This document shows positions 33,332-44,057 of a stretch of DNA of 64,000 nucleotides, one piece after another. The stretch spans positions 128,001 to 192,000 of the forward strand of contig CAVRKK010000001.1 of assembly GCA_963722385.1 (NCBI GenBank). The letters run 5' to 3'. Within the stretch, counting starts at the first letter, position 1, and the number at the start of each line of letters is the position of its first letter. The stretch is from an uncultured bacterium. GTDB lineage: Bacteria; Babelota; Babeliae; Babelales; Babelaceae. The position numbers and the translations under genes are program-made. The notes below the pieces were generated by a model. That model saw nothing but the letters and a program-made list of their open reading frames with translations. It searched no databases and was not told the origin of the DNA.

Positions 33332-34798
33332 CTATAGCAGAATATTTAATTCATTGCTCGTTAAATGAAGGTTGTGCAAAGCATTAACCGGAACATTATG
33401 AGGGTTTAGATGGTGCTGTACAGACCTTGCTATGCGCTCATTTTGCTCGTGTTCATATTTATGCATTGTATTGTACAATTCTCTTGCTGCCGAAAGCGAA
33501 TTCTCTTCAAGTAAATTATTACGGATGAGGAAGTCAAGCCGTTTAATAGTTTTTAGAAGAGGTATATTAAGTTTAGAAAAATAATTTTTCCTCAGAAGAA
33601 AATCAACAATGGCAAAATACTGATCTCTCAGATCCCCAACTCGTGCTCCTTGAATGGTAGCATAAAAGAGTGCTCGCTCAAGGTAGCTACATAGGCTAAG
33701 ACTGTTGGGGGAATATCGATAAAGAGTTCTTACAACATTTTCGTGGCCATTCAGTGCGGCGCACTCAAGTGCTACACCAATTATTTCGGGCTTCAGATTG
33801 ATTTCAGCACGCATAAGAATTTCGTCGACAATTTGAAGAACGCCCTGGGCACTTGCAAGCGTTAAAGCGCTCTCAACAAGCAGGTAATCTTTTTCTATTA
33901 ACGCCTTCTTGAGTCCCTTTTTGGCAGCCTCAATGTCTTTGTGAGCAATATCTTTAAGCAATTGCTCCGAGAAGATTGCAGGCAAATCTTGGGTTCGGGT
34001 AATAGTTAATCCCCTTTCTATTAACCAGCGTGTTATTTCTGGACTATGAGGGGTGTCGAGCAAGCCTTCCGTCCTGCCTTCCCATAGCGGGATTCTTCGA
34101 TTAAGATTGTAGCCATAACTGAGAGCTTCTTGAAGCAAAAGAAGTCCGCTTTCGTGTTTTCCCGTTTTAGAAAATAAAAGGCATTGGTTTATAATGGAAT
34201 CAAGCTTTTCTAAATTAGGATATTGTTTAATAAGCCATTTAATGAGCTTTTGGTTGCCTGAGTGGAGGATAAAAAGCACCAGATCTGCGCGTTGATTATC
34301 AAAAGTTGCACCACGCTTTATCAGAAATTTAACAAAATCAAAGTTGCCTCTATATGTTGCGTAACCAATTAAGTTAGTGACTAATGTTTTTTCACTATCA
34401 ACCCTTAGGCGAATCTGCCCGTTTGCGTTTGCTCCATGCTCAATAAGCCAGTTTGCTACCTCAGCATTGCCTGATTCAAAAGCCAAGATTATAGCCGCAG
34501 GCGCAGCGCTACTGGCAGCAGGACAAAATGTACTCTCTTCGAAGAGTAACTTAATAAGATTAAGGTCGCCTCTAAGTGCTAGATATTCTATTAAGGAAAG
34601 GTGAACTTCGTTGCCGTTAACCTTAACCTGCACTTTAACATTAATATGAGCACCTTGACCAAGTGCTAATTTAAAGGCATTGCAATCGCGGGATTCTGCG
34701 GCATCTAATAAATTTTGAGTAGCCTCGAATTCTTGCATGGGATAAAGTTCTTGCACAGAGGAAAAAAGGCATACGGCGATTAATATTTTATTAAGCAT
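33332..34798 (-). CDS. secreted ankyrin-repeat protein
   Basis: WLIEHGANAN, ALTLASAQG, AALNGH; signal ends LYP-MQE. Confidence 0.88.
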   Translation of the reverse strand: MLNKILIAVCLFSSVQELYPMQEFEATQNLLDAAESRDCNAFKLALGQGAHINVKVQVKVNGNEVHLSLIEYLALRGDLNLIKLLFEESTFCPAASSAAPAAIILAFESGNAEVANWLIEHGANANGQIRLRVDSEKTLVTNLIGYATYRGNFDFVKFLIKRGATFDNQRADLVLFILHSGNQKLIKWLIKQYPNLEKLDSIINQCLLFSKTGKHESGLLLLQEALSYGYNLNRRIPLWEGRTEGLLDTPHSPEITRWLIERGLTITRTQDLPAIFSEQLLKDIAHKDIEAAKKGLKKALIEKDYLLVESALTLASAQGVLQIVDEILMRAEINLKPEIIGVALECAALNGHENVVRTLYRYSPNSLSLCSYLERALFYATIQGARVGDLRDQYFAIVDFLLRKNYFSKLNIPLLKTIKRLDFLIRNNLLEENSLSAARELYNTMHKYEHEQNERIARSVQHHLNPHNVPVNALHNLHLTSNELNILL

Positions 34799-34831
34799 AA
34801 ATCTACCTTTCTTGAGATTTCTTCAAAAAAT

Positions 34832-34879
34832 ATAAGATACGATGTAATATTCTCAAAAAAATATTACATCGTATCTTAT
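34832..34879. repeat. perfect 20-bp inverted repeat upstream of an ankyrin gene
   Basis: ataagatacgatgtaatatt-ctcaaaaa-aatattacatcgtatcttat. Confidence 0.85.
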
Positions 34880-34993
34880 TATGACTCAAGCATATATGAC
34901 TAATGGATTTATGTTGTACCTTTACCAAAAAGTCCAAAAAGGGATCTGACGCTTAGCCAACTGCGGCGGCTCTAGTGATTCTGGGAACTTTAG

Positions 34994-36101
34994 TCAATTA
35001 GTTTTAGGGATAGTAGGCAGAGGTGACTTTATCCGTAAAAGATGCCCTAGTACCAAAGCTACAATCTCCCCAGGTAGTTGATGCATGTGTTGAGCGGCTT
35101 GTAATCGCGGAAGTTGATCTAAGCTTTGTCGTATATTATTGAGAAGAGCTTTATCATCTTCTGTTGTAGTTGCGTAAAGAAGTATGGTAATTAACTCACG
35201 AATTCTCTGTATATTAAGTTCGGAACACGTCCATATATAAAAGCTTGCTCAAGAATGAAGTCTACGATTTCTTCGCTTCTTCCTATCGCTGCCCAGTAGA
35301 GCGTATTCGCAAGCTGTTCTTGATTAATCCCAGGCAGATTTATTGCTCTTTTATAAAGTTCCTCAACCATAAAGAGATTATTGCAAGCAGCTGCAACTTC
35401 TAAGGCATCCTTTATAATCTCAGGTGTTATCAGGTAGCCTAAAACATTAAAAATAGCAATGACAGCGTCATTACGCCCCAAGGCTATCATGGTAAAAGTT
35501 GCTTGCCATATTTCTTGAGCATTTGAGCTCATCCACAATATAGTATGTACAATCTCGTTAGTATCCTCAGTTCTTAATAATCGAGCTAAGATGGGTTGTT
35601 TCACCTCTACGAGACTTAAGAAAAGGCTATTATGTTTTTCATTAACTTGAGCTCCATGCTGAATAAGCCATGCTAATCCGTTACCCGAACCATAACATGC
35701 TGCATAAAGCAATGATGTCTCTCTTCTTTATCATCACGAGCATTGATCTGTGACCCATGCACAATAAGCCACTTTAATGCATTTACTTGACCATAAGCTG
35801 CTGCAACATGTATCGGCTCAGCACCATCATCATCACGAGCATTAATTTGAGCTCCATGCGCAAGCAACCATTCTAATACCCCAATGTGGCTATTACGTGC
35901 TGCATAATGTATTGGCATATTGCCATATTTATCACGAGCCTTAGGACTCTCTTCCTCTTCCTCTTTGGTAAATAGCTTGCTTTTTTTTACGAAAGACCGC
36001 TCTTGCCCTTCTGTCCGGTACTTTCTTTTACTATGGTTTATACCTAATACTTCTATAACCATAGACGTTGATAAAAGCACCAATAATATCTTTCGCATCA
36101 T
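34994..36101 (-). pseudogene. ankyrin gene with two frameshifts and F-box-like C-terminus
   Basis: MPIHYAARNSH, EPIHVAAAYG; fragments 35673-36101 and 35191-35712; last frame ends HQLPGEIVALVLGHLL..LPTIPKTN*. Confidence 0.85.
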
Positions 36102-36468
36102 TCTCTATCGCCGCCTTTATTTAAGCTATATCATCCTTGAATTATATTATCAATTTAACTTCCTAATTGTCAATAAGGCATTGAGCGCGCGTCTTTTATT
36201 CTTGCCAAGGTAATCTTGCTTTTAAGCTGATCACTTTTCTCTCTATCGCGCCTTAAAGGACTTTAGCGCAAAAGAGCTCATTTTTTTCATCGAGGCATAC
36301 CAAAAAATTTCTTGCAAAATGATTAGGAAATTGCAAAAATAAGACAGTTGGTGAGTATGGACCTCTTTAAGGATCTAAGTTGCGTCAGCGGCTATCGTTA
36401 TAAGCTAAACATGTTCATTAATAAAAAAGTTTACTTCCGTGAATTGTTTAATTTAAAAAGGAGAGAGA

Positions 36469-37662
36469 ATGAACAATAAAATAGCAATTCTACTACTTAT
36501 GTGCTTCAGTCCAAAGATTTATGGTTCGTGTTCAGTCGTGTCTCAAGTATCCTACCCATTGCCTCCTAATTCTCTCTATACTCATTCCGTAGCCTTTTCA
36601 CCTGATGGGAATTATTTGGCTACGGTTAACCGTAGCTCAAATGACGTAACTATATTTAGCGTAACCGCTCAAGGAGCCTTAATTAATGGTACAACATATC
36701 CCCTTCCGGCTGGCTCAACAAGTCCTACTAGAGGGGCATTTTCAGCAAATGGCCTCTATCTTATTACTGCAAATACTGGCTCAAATGACGTAACCCTCTT
36801 TAAATTTGCTAAAGGCGTGCTAACTTCTGGTACCTCTTATAAATTGCCAGGAAGTTCTTCATTTCCCAGTGGTGCGGTATTCTCACCAGATGATTCATAT
36901 GTCGCTACTTCAAATCAAGGATCAGGAGATATAACAATATTTGCCGTAACAGCCGGCACGCTTAGCAATGGGATATCATACCCATCACCTGCTGGAGCTT
37001 CCGATCAGCAGCAGTTTATTAATTTTTCCCCAGATGGAGCATTTCTTGCTGTACCTAATAGAATTTCGAATAATATATCGGTCTTTAATTTTCACTCTAA
37101 TGGAACACTAAGCGCAGGAAAAGTATACCCCCTGCCTGCAGGAGCAACAACTACCTCTTCTTTGGCGTTTTCATCTGATGGTTCCCATTTGGCTGCTACC
37201 GCTTTCGGGTCAAATCAGGTTGTTCTATTTACCGTAACTAATGGTGTTCTTAGTGAAGGTATAGCATATTCCTTGCCTACTTCACCTTTTGCATCGCAGG
37301 GAACCCAAGATGTTGTTTTTTCTCCAAATGGTGCATGCCTTGCTACTAGTGATTTTCTAACAGATGACATAACATTATTTGATATGTCGAATGGCGCTCC
37401 GATAGATAATGGCACTTCCTATTTATTGCCAATTCAAGATACAGAACCCTACTGGATAACAATTTCGCCTAATGGGTTATATCTAGCCACTGCTAATGGA
37501 AACAACGGTGGTAATGGTACAGTGACTATTTTTACTTTGACGGGAAGCTCGGGATCAACTACATCCGCCTCAACAACAGCATCGACTTCATCCTCTACTA
37601 ATGACGTAGCAAAAGCAGAGTCGATTATGGGTTATTTATTTGCGCTGCTTAATATATTTTAA
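36469..37662 (+). CDS. secreted 7-bladed beta-propeller (lactonase-like) protein
   Basis: Signal peptide, 7 FSPDGxYLAT..NDVTIF repeats, Ser/Thr-rich stalk and short hydrophobic C-terminus. Confidence 0.9.
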   Translation: MNNKIAILLLMCFSPKIYGSCSVVSQVSYPLPPNSLYTHSVAFSPDGNYLATVNRSSNDVTIFSVTAQGALINGTTYPLPAGSTSPTRGAFSANGLYLITANTGSNDVTLFKFAKGVLTSGTSYKLPGSSSFPSGAVFSPDDSYVATSNQGSGDITIFAVTAGTLSNGISYPSPAGASDQQQFINFSPDGAFLAVPNRISNNISVFNFHSNGTLSAGKVYPLPAGATTTSSLAFSSDGSHLAATAFGSNQVVLFTVTNGVLSEGIAYSLPTSPFASQGTQDVVFSPNGACLATSDFLTDDITLFDMSNGAPIDNGTSYLLPIQDTEPYWITISPNGLYLATANGNNGGNGTVTIFTLTGSSGSTTSASTTASTSSSTNDVAKAESIMGYLFALLNIF

Positions 37663-37699
37663 GCAAAACTCAGATAGCTTTAGCAAAAAACACATCACG

Positions 37700-37738
37700 A
37701 TATGCATCGGCGACTAAATTCACCGATGCATATTTTTT
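37700..37738 (+). terminator. intrinsic terminator
   Basis: atatgcatcgg...ccgatgcatat followed by a T-run, 38 nt after the stop codon. Confidence 0.75.
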
Positions 37739-38050
37739 CACTTTGTTATTTTTTATAACGGAAATCGTGGATAGATTATAAGAAATAAGTTATATGATCA
37801 AGAAAATAAATATAACCTTTAGCGCACATTAATACATATCCGCTCTACGTCGTTGCGGGAGCTCTATCAAGTTTTACGCAACGGATTCAAAAATCACTAT
37901 TAGTTATGTGTTGTTTGTTGCTTGAGGGGGAAATTATATAAATAAAAATTTTTCCATCAAGTATCCTTTAATTGCTCAATAAGCACTATTTTCCTAAAAA
38001 TACTACCTAAATTTATTTAGCTTGTCAATAATAATCCGTTTTAAGGAAGC

Positions 38051-38275
38051 CAGATTTTTGGGTTTGCTATAGGTCTTACTATTCCTGCTCTTGCAGCCAT
38101 TGGGGCAACGACATCAGGTGGCTTATTTAATCCAGCAATAGTAATTGGCGCTGTCTTATTTAGCATTGTCAAAGGTCTACCTATTATATGAATACACACC
38201 TTGATGTATGTTGCTGGCGCTTTCCTAGGAGCATTTTTGGCAGTACTCGCATTTAGATACTTTAGAAATGATTAG
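38051..38275 (+). pseudogene. aquaporin (MIP) C-terminal half remnant
   Basis: FGFAIGLT..TSGGLFNPAIVIG..*IHTLMYVAGAFLGAFLA: second NPA box with an internal TGA; not in the ORF track. Confidence 0.85.
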
Positions 38276-38489
38276 CTATAATTGATCTCAAGCAACTCTC
38301 ATTAAGGCTTTTTATGCTCCCTAAATTGCTTTGCTGTTTTAGCACCATGCTTTTGCAAGATATCGATAAGACTATCGGCAACCTTAAAACACCAAAACTT
38401 AACAGAAAAACAGGCTTAAGAAAGCGTAGTGTGCTATTTTTAAAATTAGAAACGGAATCGCACACTAAACTCGAGGTCAATCTTGAGGC

Positions 38490-39428
38490 TCATGTAAAAC
38501 AAGATACATAATGAGCAATGAGTTCTGGTGGCAATTGCCATAAAAACCGAAATAAGGTACCTACGGCAGAATGAGGATTATTATGGGGATTTTCCGGTAG
38601 GCCCCATTGAAGGCAGCGGGCATTTATAAGCTGCTGCCGAATTAAAGAAAAAGCAAGTGCTTGCTCTTTACCATAATCATCAGGATTATCGAGCGCAGTT
38701 GCAGTTTGTATAAGGGGCAGTGGTACGTTGTCCAGTTCTTGCTAATAGTAGCTCCAGCGCATACCCATTAATAAAAGCTTGATCAAGAATTTCTTGCAAT
38801 ACTTCTTTACTCTGTTGCAAAGCAGCCCAATATAAGGCATTTTCAAGCATAGACAAAAAAAGTGCTTGTTTGATCTGGCCATTATGGTGCCTTTCCGTTG
38901 CTAAGGTAAAAAGTCGTACAAAAGCTCGACGATTATTAGTCGCTCCCGCTACCTCGAAAGCTGCTCGCAAGAAAGAAGTGTCTACTAAGACAATCTTATT
39001 TTCGTGATCAAGAATTGACGAGACGAGATCATTGTGCTTAAGAGCAATCAGCAAGAGCATCCCTCGTTTAAACTTTTCTTTTGCTTTTTTAGTTAAGCGC
39101 CATGTTTTACGAGTGTTATAACGAGAGCAAGATTGCCACTTATTACCGCCCAATGTATAGGCTGTGGTCCACTTTCATCATAAAGGTTAGCGGGCACTCC
39201 ATGAGCAAGCATGTGTTCGACAAGCTCTTGATTATTCGATATTACTGGATTTATCAAGGATTCGCATTTCTTTTTGTTGTCCTCGACAGATTGCTCAGGT
39301 TTTTTAGAGTTATTTTTAGTTAATAGACCTATCGTAATACAAAGAGCGCCTTCAAGCGTACTAAACGGTTGCTCCATAGGATAAAGTGGTATAGCTATAA
39401 TTAAAATAAAGAAAGCTATCATTCTCAT
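38490..39428 (-). pseudogene. ankyrin gene with frameshifts and F-box-like C-terminus
   Basis: QPIHWAVISGN; AFEVAGATNN and ALYWAA shared with 35191; last frame ends FLWQLPPELIAHYVSCFT*. Confidence 0.82.
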
Positions 39429-39650
39429 AAAAATATTCCATTCTTAATATAACTTAAATATCAGTGATAATAGCACTTTTGTGAAAATGTTTACAATTTA
39501 CAAGAAAAGTATAAATATACTCGATGAAGAGCGGAATTTCTATTAATGGATCTATTTCTTGGTAAACCTTGCAATAAGGTTTATATTTTACGAAGGGTGT
39601 GCTATTTTTAAAATTAGAGATGAAATCGCACACTATATTCGAGGGGAAAG

Positions 39651-40835
39651 ATGTTTATAAGGGATATAAAAAAGGAGCTCAAGGAATATGCCCAATTTCC
39701 CGTGGTCGCGCTTTTGGGCCCACGCCAATCGGGGAAAACGACGTTGGTTAGGGATACCTTTAAGAAGCATATATATCTGAATTTTGAACATGAGCCTACT
39801 CGAGCATATGCGGAACAAGATCCTGAAGGGTTTTTGCAGCTCTATAATAACAACCATGGTATTATTATAGATGAATTTCAATATGTCCCTCAGATAACCT
39901 CTTATATTCAATTAGCCGTCGATCAGTTTAAAAGACCTGGCTACTTTGTACTTACCGGCTCTCAGAACTTTTTGGCCAATAAAGCAATAATACAATCCCT
40001 TGCAGGACGCATCGGAATTCTCGTTTTGATGCCTTTATCACTCCATGAACTTCAAAAAAACAAGTTGCTCGCGGCCAATTTTGATATGGCTATCTTTGAG
40101 GGTGGATACCCACGAGTCTATGATCAGGGTTTTGAGCCAAGCAAATTCTATCCCTCATATATACAAACATATATTGAGCGTGATGTGAGGCATTTAGATA
40201 AAGTTGGCGACTTAAAGGTATTTCAACGGTTTATCCAGCTTTGTGCCGGACGAACCGGCCAACTTCTTAATATTGATGGCATTGCCAACGAATGTGGAAT
40301 CTCATTCCATACAGCACGATCTTGGTTATCCATTCTTGAGGCAAGCTATATTATATTTCTCTTGGAGCCTTATTATAGAAATTTTAATAAGCGGTTAACC
40401 AAATCACCAAAGCTTTACTTTTTGGATACTGGGCTTGCATGTTCGCTATTACGGATAACAACGGTTGATATTCTAACCTCACACCCTTTGAGAGGGCAGT
40501 TATTCGAATCTCTTATCATAAGCGATCTTTATAAGCAATATTGCAACATCGGAACGCGCCCATCTCTGTATTTCTGGCGCGATCAAAATGGACGACACGA
40601 GCTTGATTGTATTATCGAAGAAGGAACCAGTACGTATCCTATAGAAATCAAGTCAAGTATGACGGTAGTGCCTGATTTTTATAAAGGCCTAACCTACTGG
40701 AATGAGCTAACAACTACAGAACCTTCGCATGGGTATATCATCTATGGCGGCAGCGTTAATCAACGGCGTAGGCAAGGGGCTATTATTGGTTGGCAATCTG
40801 CGAATAATCTTATTAAAACATTGATAAAAGGATAA
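39651..40835 (+). CDS. AAA_14 ATPase with DUF4143 domain
   Basis: GPRQSGKTT, IDEFQ, LTGSQN, SLAGR, GGYP, YIERDV, KSPKLYFLDTGL, FWRD..PIEIKS. Confidence 0.95.
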   Translation: MFIRDIKKELKEYAQFPVVALLGPRQSGKTTLVRDTFKKHIYLNFEHEPTRAYAEQDPEGFLQLYNNNHGIIIDEFQYVPQITSYIQLAVDQFKRPGYFVLTGSQNFLANKAIIQSLAGRIGILVLMPLSLHELQKNKLLAANFDMAIFEGGYPRVYDQGFEPSKFYPSYIQTYIERDVRHLDKVGDLKVFQRFIQLCAGRTGQLLNIDGIANECGISFHTARSWLSILEASYIIFLLEPYYRNFNKRLTKSPKLYFLDTGLACSLLRITTVDILTSHPLRGQLFESLIISDLYKQYCNIGTRPSLYFWRDQNGRHELDCIIEEGTSTYPIEIKSSMTVVPDFYKGLTYWNELTTTEPSHGYIIYGGSVNQRRRQGAIIGWQSANNLIKTLIKG

Positions 40836-41074
40836 AAAATCACCCTTTCTCCTATTATAAAAGCATAGCGGGGAGATAGGTTTCCGCATTTTGCTTTTTT
40901 GGATAAAAGTCATGCAAAGCAAAAAACAGATGAGTAAAATCAACCTAGATTGACGCTCTCCATGGATAAAATAGTGCCGAGCACCATGCAGGGGACTCTT
41001 TTTTCATCGAACAGCCAGCGCCGCCTCTCCACAAGACTTAAGGACGGACAGTCCGGCCGCCCTTCAACCTGTTA

Positions 41075-41458
41075 TTACTTTAGACTGAGAAATAATTTTC
41101 CATTTTTTTCTGATGCGACCAGACTTATTCCTTCAATGCAAGCAACAGAACCTAGATCAGCTTGTTCGGCTTTTTTCCCATCTTTTGTTGAGATCGCGAC
41201 GGAACTTAGACAGCAATCACTGCTTGGTATCTCGCTTGTTTGTCCAGGTCCAACTTCGCCTTCTTCAACGCTTCGACCTATAGGACATATCCATGGCGCG
41301 CGGGCCCCCGTCGTCGTTAAACCCCATGAATACTTTATGGTGTAATTAAGACTGGTGTTCAATTTGTTTTGTATTTTTACTGAGCCTTCGTCTGCCGATA
41401 CGGACTGTGTAATAAGGGTCAATAAGCTCAAGCAAAGTGATAACGTTATTTTCTTCAT
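41075..41458 (-). CDS. small secreted Cys-containing protein (N...PG...C family)
   Basis: Signal peptide; VKIQNKL...VGPGQTS...DCC. Confidence 0.78.
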   Translation of the reverse strand: MKKITLSLCLSLLTLITQSVSADEGSVKIQNKLNTSLNYTIKYSWGLTTTGARAPWICPIGRSVEEGEVGPGQTSEIPSSDCCLSSVAISTKDGKKAEQADLGSVACIEGISLVASEKNGKLFLSLK

Positions 41459-41982
41459 ATGCTCTTCCTTTTTTGCTAAGTAGATTTATCATTGCTTTTT
41501 TATTATATAATATATTTAATCATATTTGCAATACTTGATAAAAAATTATTTGCTCATGATCTGCATGATAACATACAGCCTTCTTTCATGCTTTTAATCA
41601 CGTTCCCAGAATCATCGGAGAAAACAATTATATTCCCCAAAGGGCTTCGTTCAGGTTCGCTCATATTAGAGTCTACAAGTTGATGGATAATTCCTTGCCG
41701 GCGTGACCGAGGCAGTATTGTGGCTTATTTTCAATAAAGAAGCGGAGGTTCCCCTTTACGATTAAAAACGTTCTAAAACGTAGGACCCTGCTAGCGTATA
41801 GCTTGGGCAATCAGGTGAAACAGAGATCCCGAATACGAGGCACCATATAAACTCAGTTATATCACAAATTTTTGTTGGCTAGATAGGCTCTCCCTCTCTG
41901 CATAAGCATTATTTATTTACATTTCGTATTTTATTGACAAAATTAATTTTATATTGCTATTCTGTTTTTAATAATTTTCAGA

Positions 41983-42263
41983 GCCCCTATATTTTAGTGC
42001 ATGGCAACAAAGATACCCTTCCATCTGATGTAGAGCGTGCGCTTTATGCCATTGGTTTTTTGGCAAAAAATACAAGTAATTTGGTGGATTTGATTAAAAA
42101 TTGGGAAACTAAAGGGATATGTAAAGCAGCTGATGAGCCTAACTATGGAACTCTCTTTAAGACAGCTGTACTTCCAATCACGCTTCAAATACAAAAAGCG
42201 TACGAGGTCTGGGAAACTAAACAATCAGCTGAAAAAGAACAAGCAACACAAGAACGCTCTTAG
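41983..42263 (+). pseudogene. C-terminal remnant of the HExxH secreted family
   Basis: LPSDVERALYAIGFLA..WETKGIC..NYGTLF..QIQKAYEVW matches the family C-domain. Confidence 0.8.
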
Positions 42264-42288
42264 AAAAAAAATTTTTTCTAAGAGCGTT
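42253..42288. terminator. 17-bp inverted repeat over the stop codon
   Basis: aacgctcttagaaaaaa-aa-ttttttctaagagcgtt. Confidence 0.55.
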
Positions 42289-42455
42289 AGCAATCTAACT
42301 CTTAGATCTCATTATCAAGCAAACTTAAGTTCAGATGTTTTATCTTTTAGAGTCTATTATACGTAATTTCGGTTAAAGGCAAGGTCCATCTGTGTTGACA
42401 TTAACCTAAAAAATATTATCATTTAGAATAATAATGTTTCGATGAGGCAATATAG

Positions 42456-44009
42456 ATGAAGTTTTTTATTTTTTTTACATTGGCAGCTTTAACATTTATA
42501 GGCAATGTTAGGGCCATGGAACATCCTGCAGAGCCCCAAGAAAAAAGTGTAGATAAGCAACAAAAACTCGACCAAGCGCTCGTTGATGCGATTTTAGCTG
42601 ATAATGTAGGAGCGACCATGCAAGCTCTTGAGCAAGGTGCAAAAAACGTCGACGCTTCCCAACATTTTAATTACCAGGGACGATTAAGAGACCTGAATTT
42701 GATAGGATATGCTGCTTTGGTTGGCAGCCTTGCTTCTGTCAAGCTTCTCGCCATACATGGCGCTTCCCTTGCTGCCTATAAAGGAACACCCTTGCTAAGC
42801 CTAGCAGTTGAATCTGGCAATCAAGATTTAGTGGCCTGGCTTATCGAAAGACGAGCTAATGTCAATCAAGCCGATAATGGAGGATATCGCCCTATCGATA
42901 AAGCTGTTGAGGTTGGCAATAAAGTTATATTGGATTTTTTAAGAAAACGAGGCGCTTACGTATTTACGCAGAAATCCAGCTTATTTATGCATGAAGCCCT
43001 TGTTGTTCATGAAGGCCAAAGTGGTCTAAGCAGAATACCCTTTATCCAAGAAGCACTTGATTCCGGCTATAACATTAACGCGAGCGTTAGGCAAGGAACT
43101 AACTACCGAATGCCGCTTAGAGTAGCGGCTGATCAGGGTCAGCTAGAAATAGCACGGTGGTTGATAGAAAGAGGAGCTATTATTACGCCGGACGTAATGC
43201 GCTTGCTCAATTTCGAGCAAGTATTTCCTGAGCAATTACTCAGGGCGGTTGCTCTCTATAACAAAGGAGAAGTTCTCGCGTTACTTCATGGTTTGCGCGA
43301 TAAAACTCTCTTAAGCAACCAAGATCTTCAACTTATTAAAGATGCCCTACAGCTTACGAGCGCCCAAGGAAATCTTTTCATTGTTGATGCAACGTTGCAG
43401 CTATTTAAAGAATTAATTATCTCGGATCCCCACACGCTTGGCAGAGCACTTGATCGGGCCGCACTTAACGGACATGTCGAGGCATTCTATGCTATCTTTG
43501 GGTTCTATAATAAGGACTCAGAGAACATTGCCTACCATCAGACCCTAGGGCAATCTCTTGCAGATGCGCTCTTGCATGCTGCTACGCAAGGCTCAACGAA
43601 GATTAGCGAAGACGCGCGTGAACGTTATTTTGATATTGTACGCTTCCTGTTGCGCCAAGATGGTTTATATGCCCTCAATATTCCAATAAGCCCTGTTCTT
43701 GAGCGATTGAGGGAATTTATCGATTATGAACAAAATCTCCGGATGAAACCAATCGCGCACATGCCTTTGGATGTGCCCTTCGCACCATTTAGACCGGTGC
43801 TCGATGCTTGGATTCTAATTGATCAAGAGAAACATCGCAATGAAGTCATGGTAATGGTTGCTGCTTTGCGACATCGCCAGGCTGCGCAAGAATCTTCACG
43901 CACCATAATAAGGCTTGCGCAAGACCCGACAAGCCATCTTCAAAGGCTCCCAATGCCGCTGTTGCAAAGGTCATTGCGGCACGTATTGTTGGGCTCACGT
44001 TCAACGTAA
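42456..44009 (+). CDS. secreted ankyrin-repeat protein with C-terminal F-box-like motif
   Basis: GYRPIDKAV, MPLRVAADQG, AALNGH; signal ends VRA-MEH; C-terminal HLQRLPMPLLQRSLRHVL. Confidence 0.9.
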   Translation: MKFFIFFTLAALTFIGNVRAMEHPAEPQEKSVDKQQKLDQALVDAILADNVGATMQALEQGAKNVDASQHFNYQGRLRDLNLIGYAALVGSLASVKLLAIHGASLAAYKGTPLLSLAVESGNQDLVAWLIERRANVNQADNGGYRPIDKAVEVGNKVILDFLRKRGAYVFTQKSSLFMHEALVVHEGQSGLSRIPFIQEALDSGYNINASVRQGTNYRMPLRVAADQGQLEIARWLIERGAIITPDVMRLLNFEQVFPEQLLRAVALYNKGEVLALLHGLRDKTLLSNQDLQLIKDALQLTSAQGNLFIVDATLQLFKELIISDPHTLGRALDRAALNGHVEAFYAIFGFYNKDSENIAYHQTLGQSLADALLHAATQGSTKISEDARERYFDIVRFLLRQDGLYALNIPISPVLERLREFIDYEQNLRMKPIAHMPLDVPFAPFRPVLDAWILIDQEKHRNEVMVMVAALRHRQAAQESSRTIIRLAQDPTSHLQRLPMPLLQRSLRHVLLGSRST

Positions 44010-44057
44010 GAAAGCCTTAGAAATCGCGCTTGTAAACCGAGTAAGCGATTATTGAAA

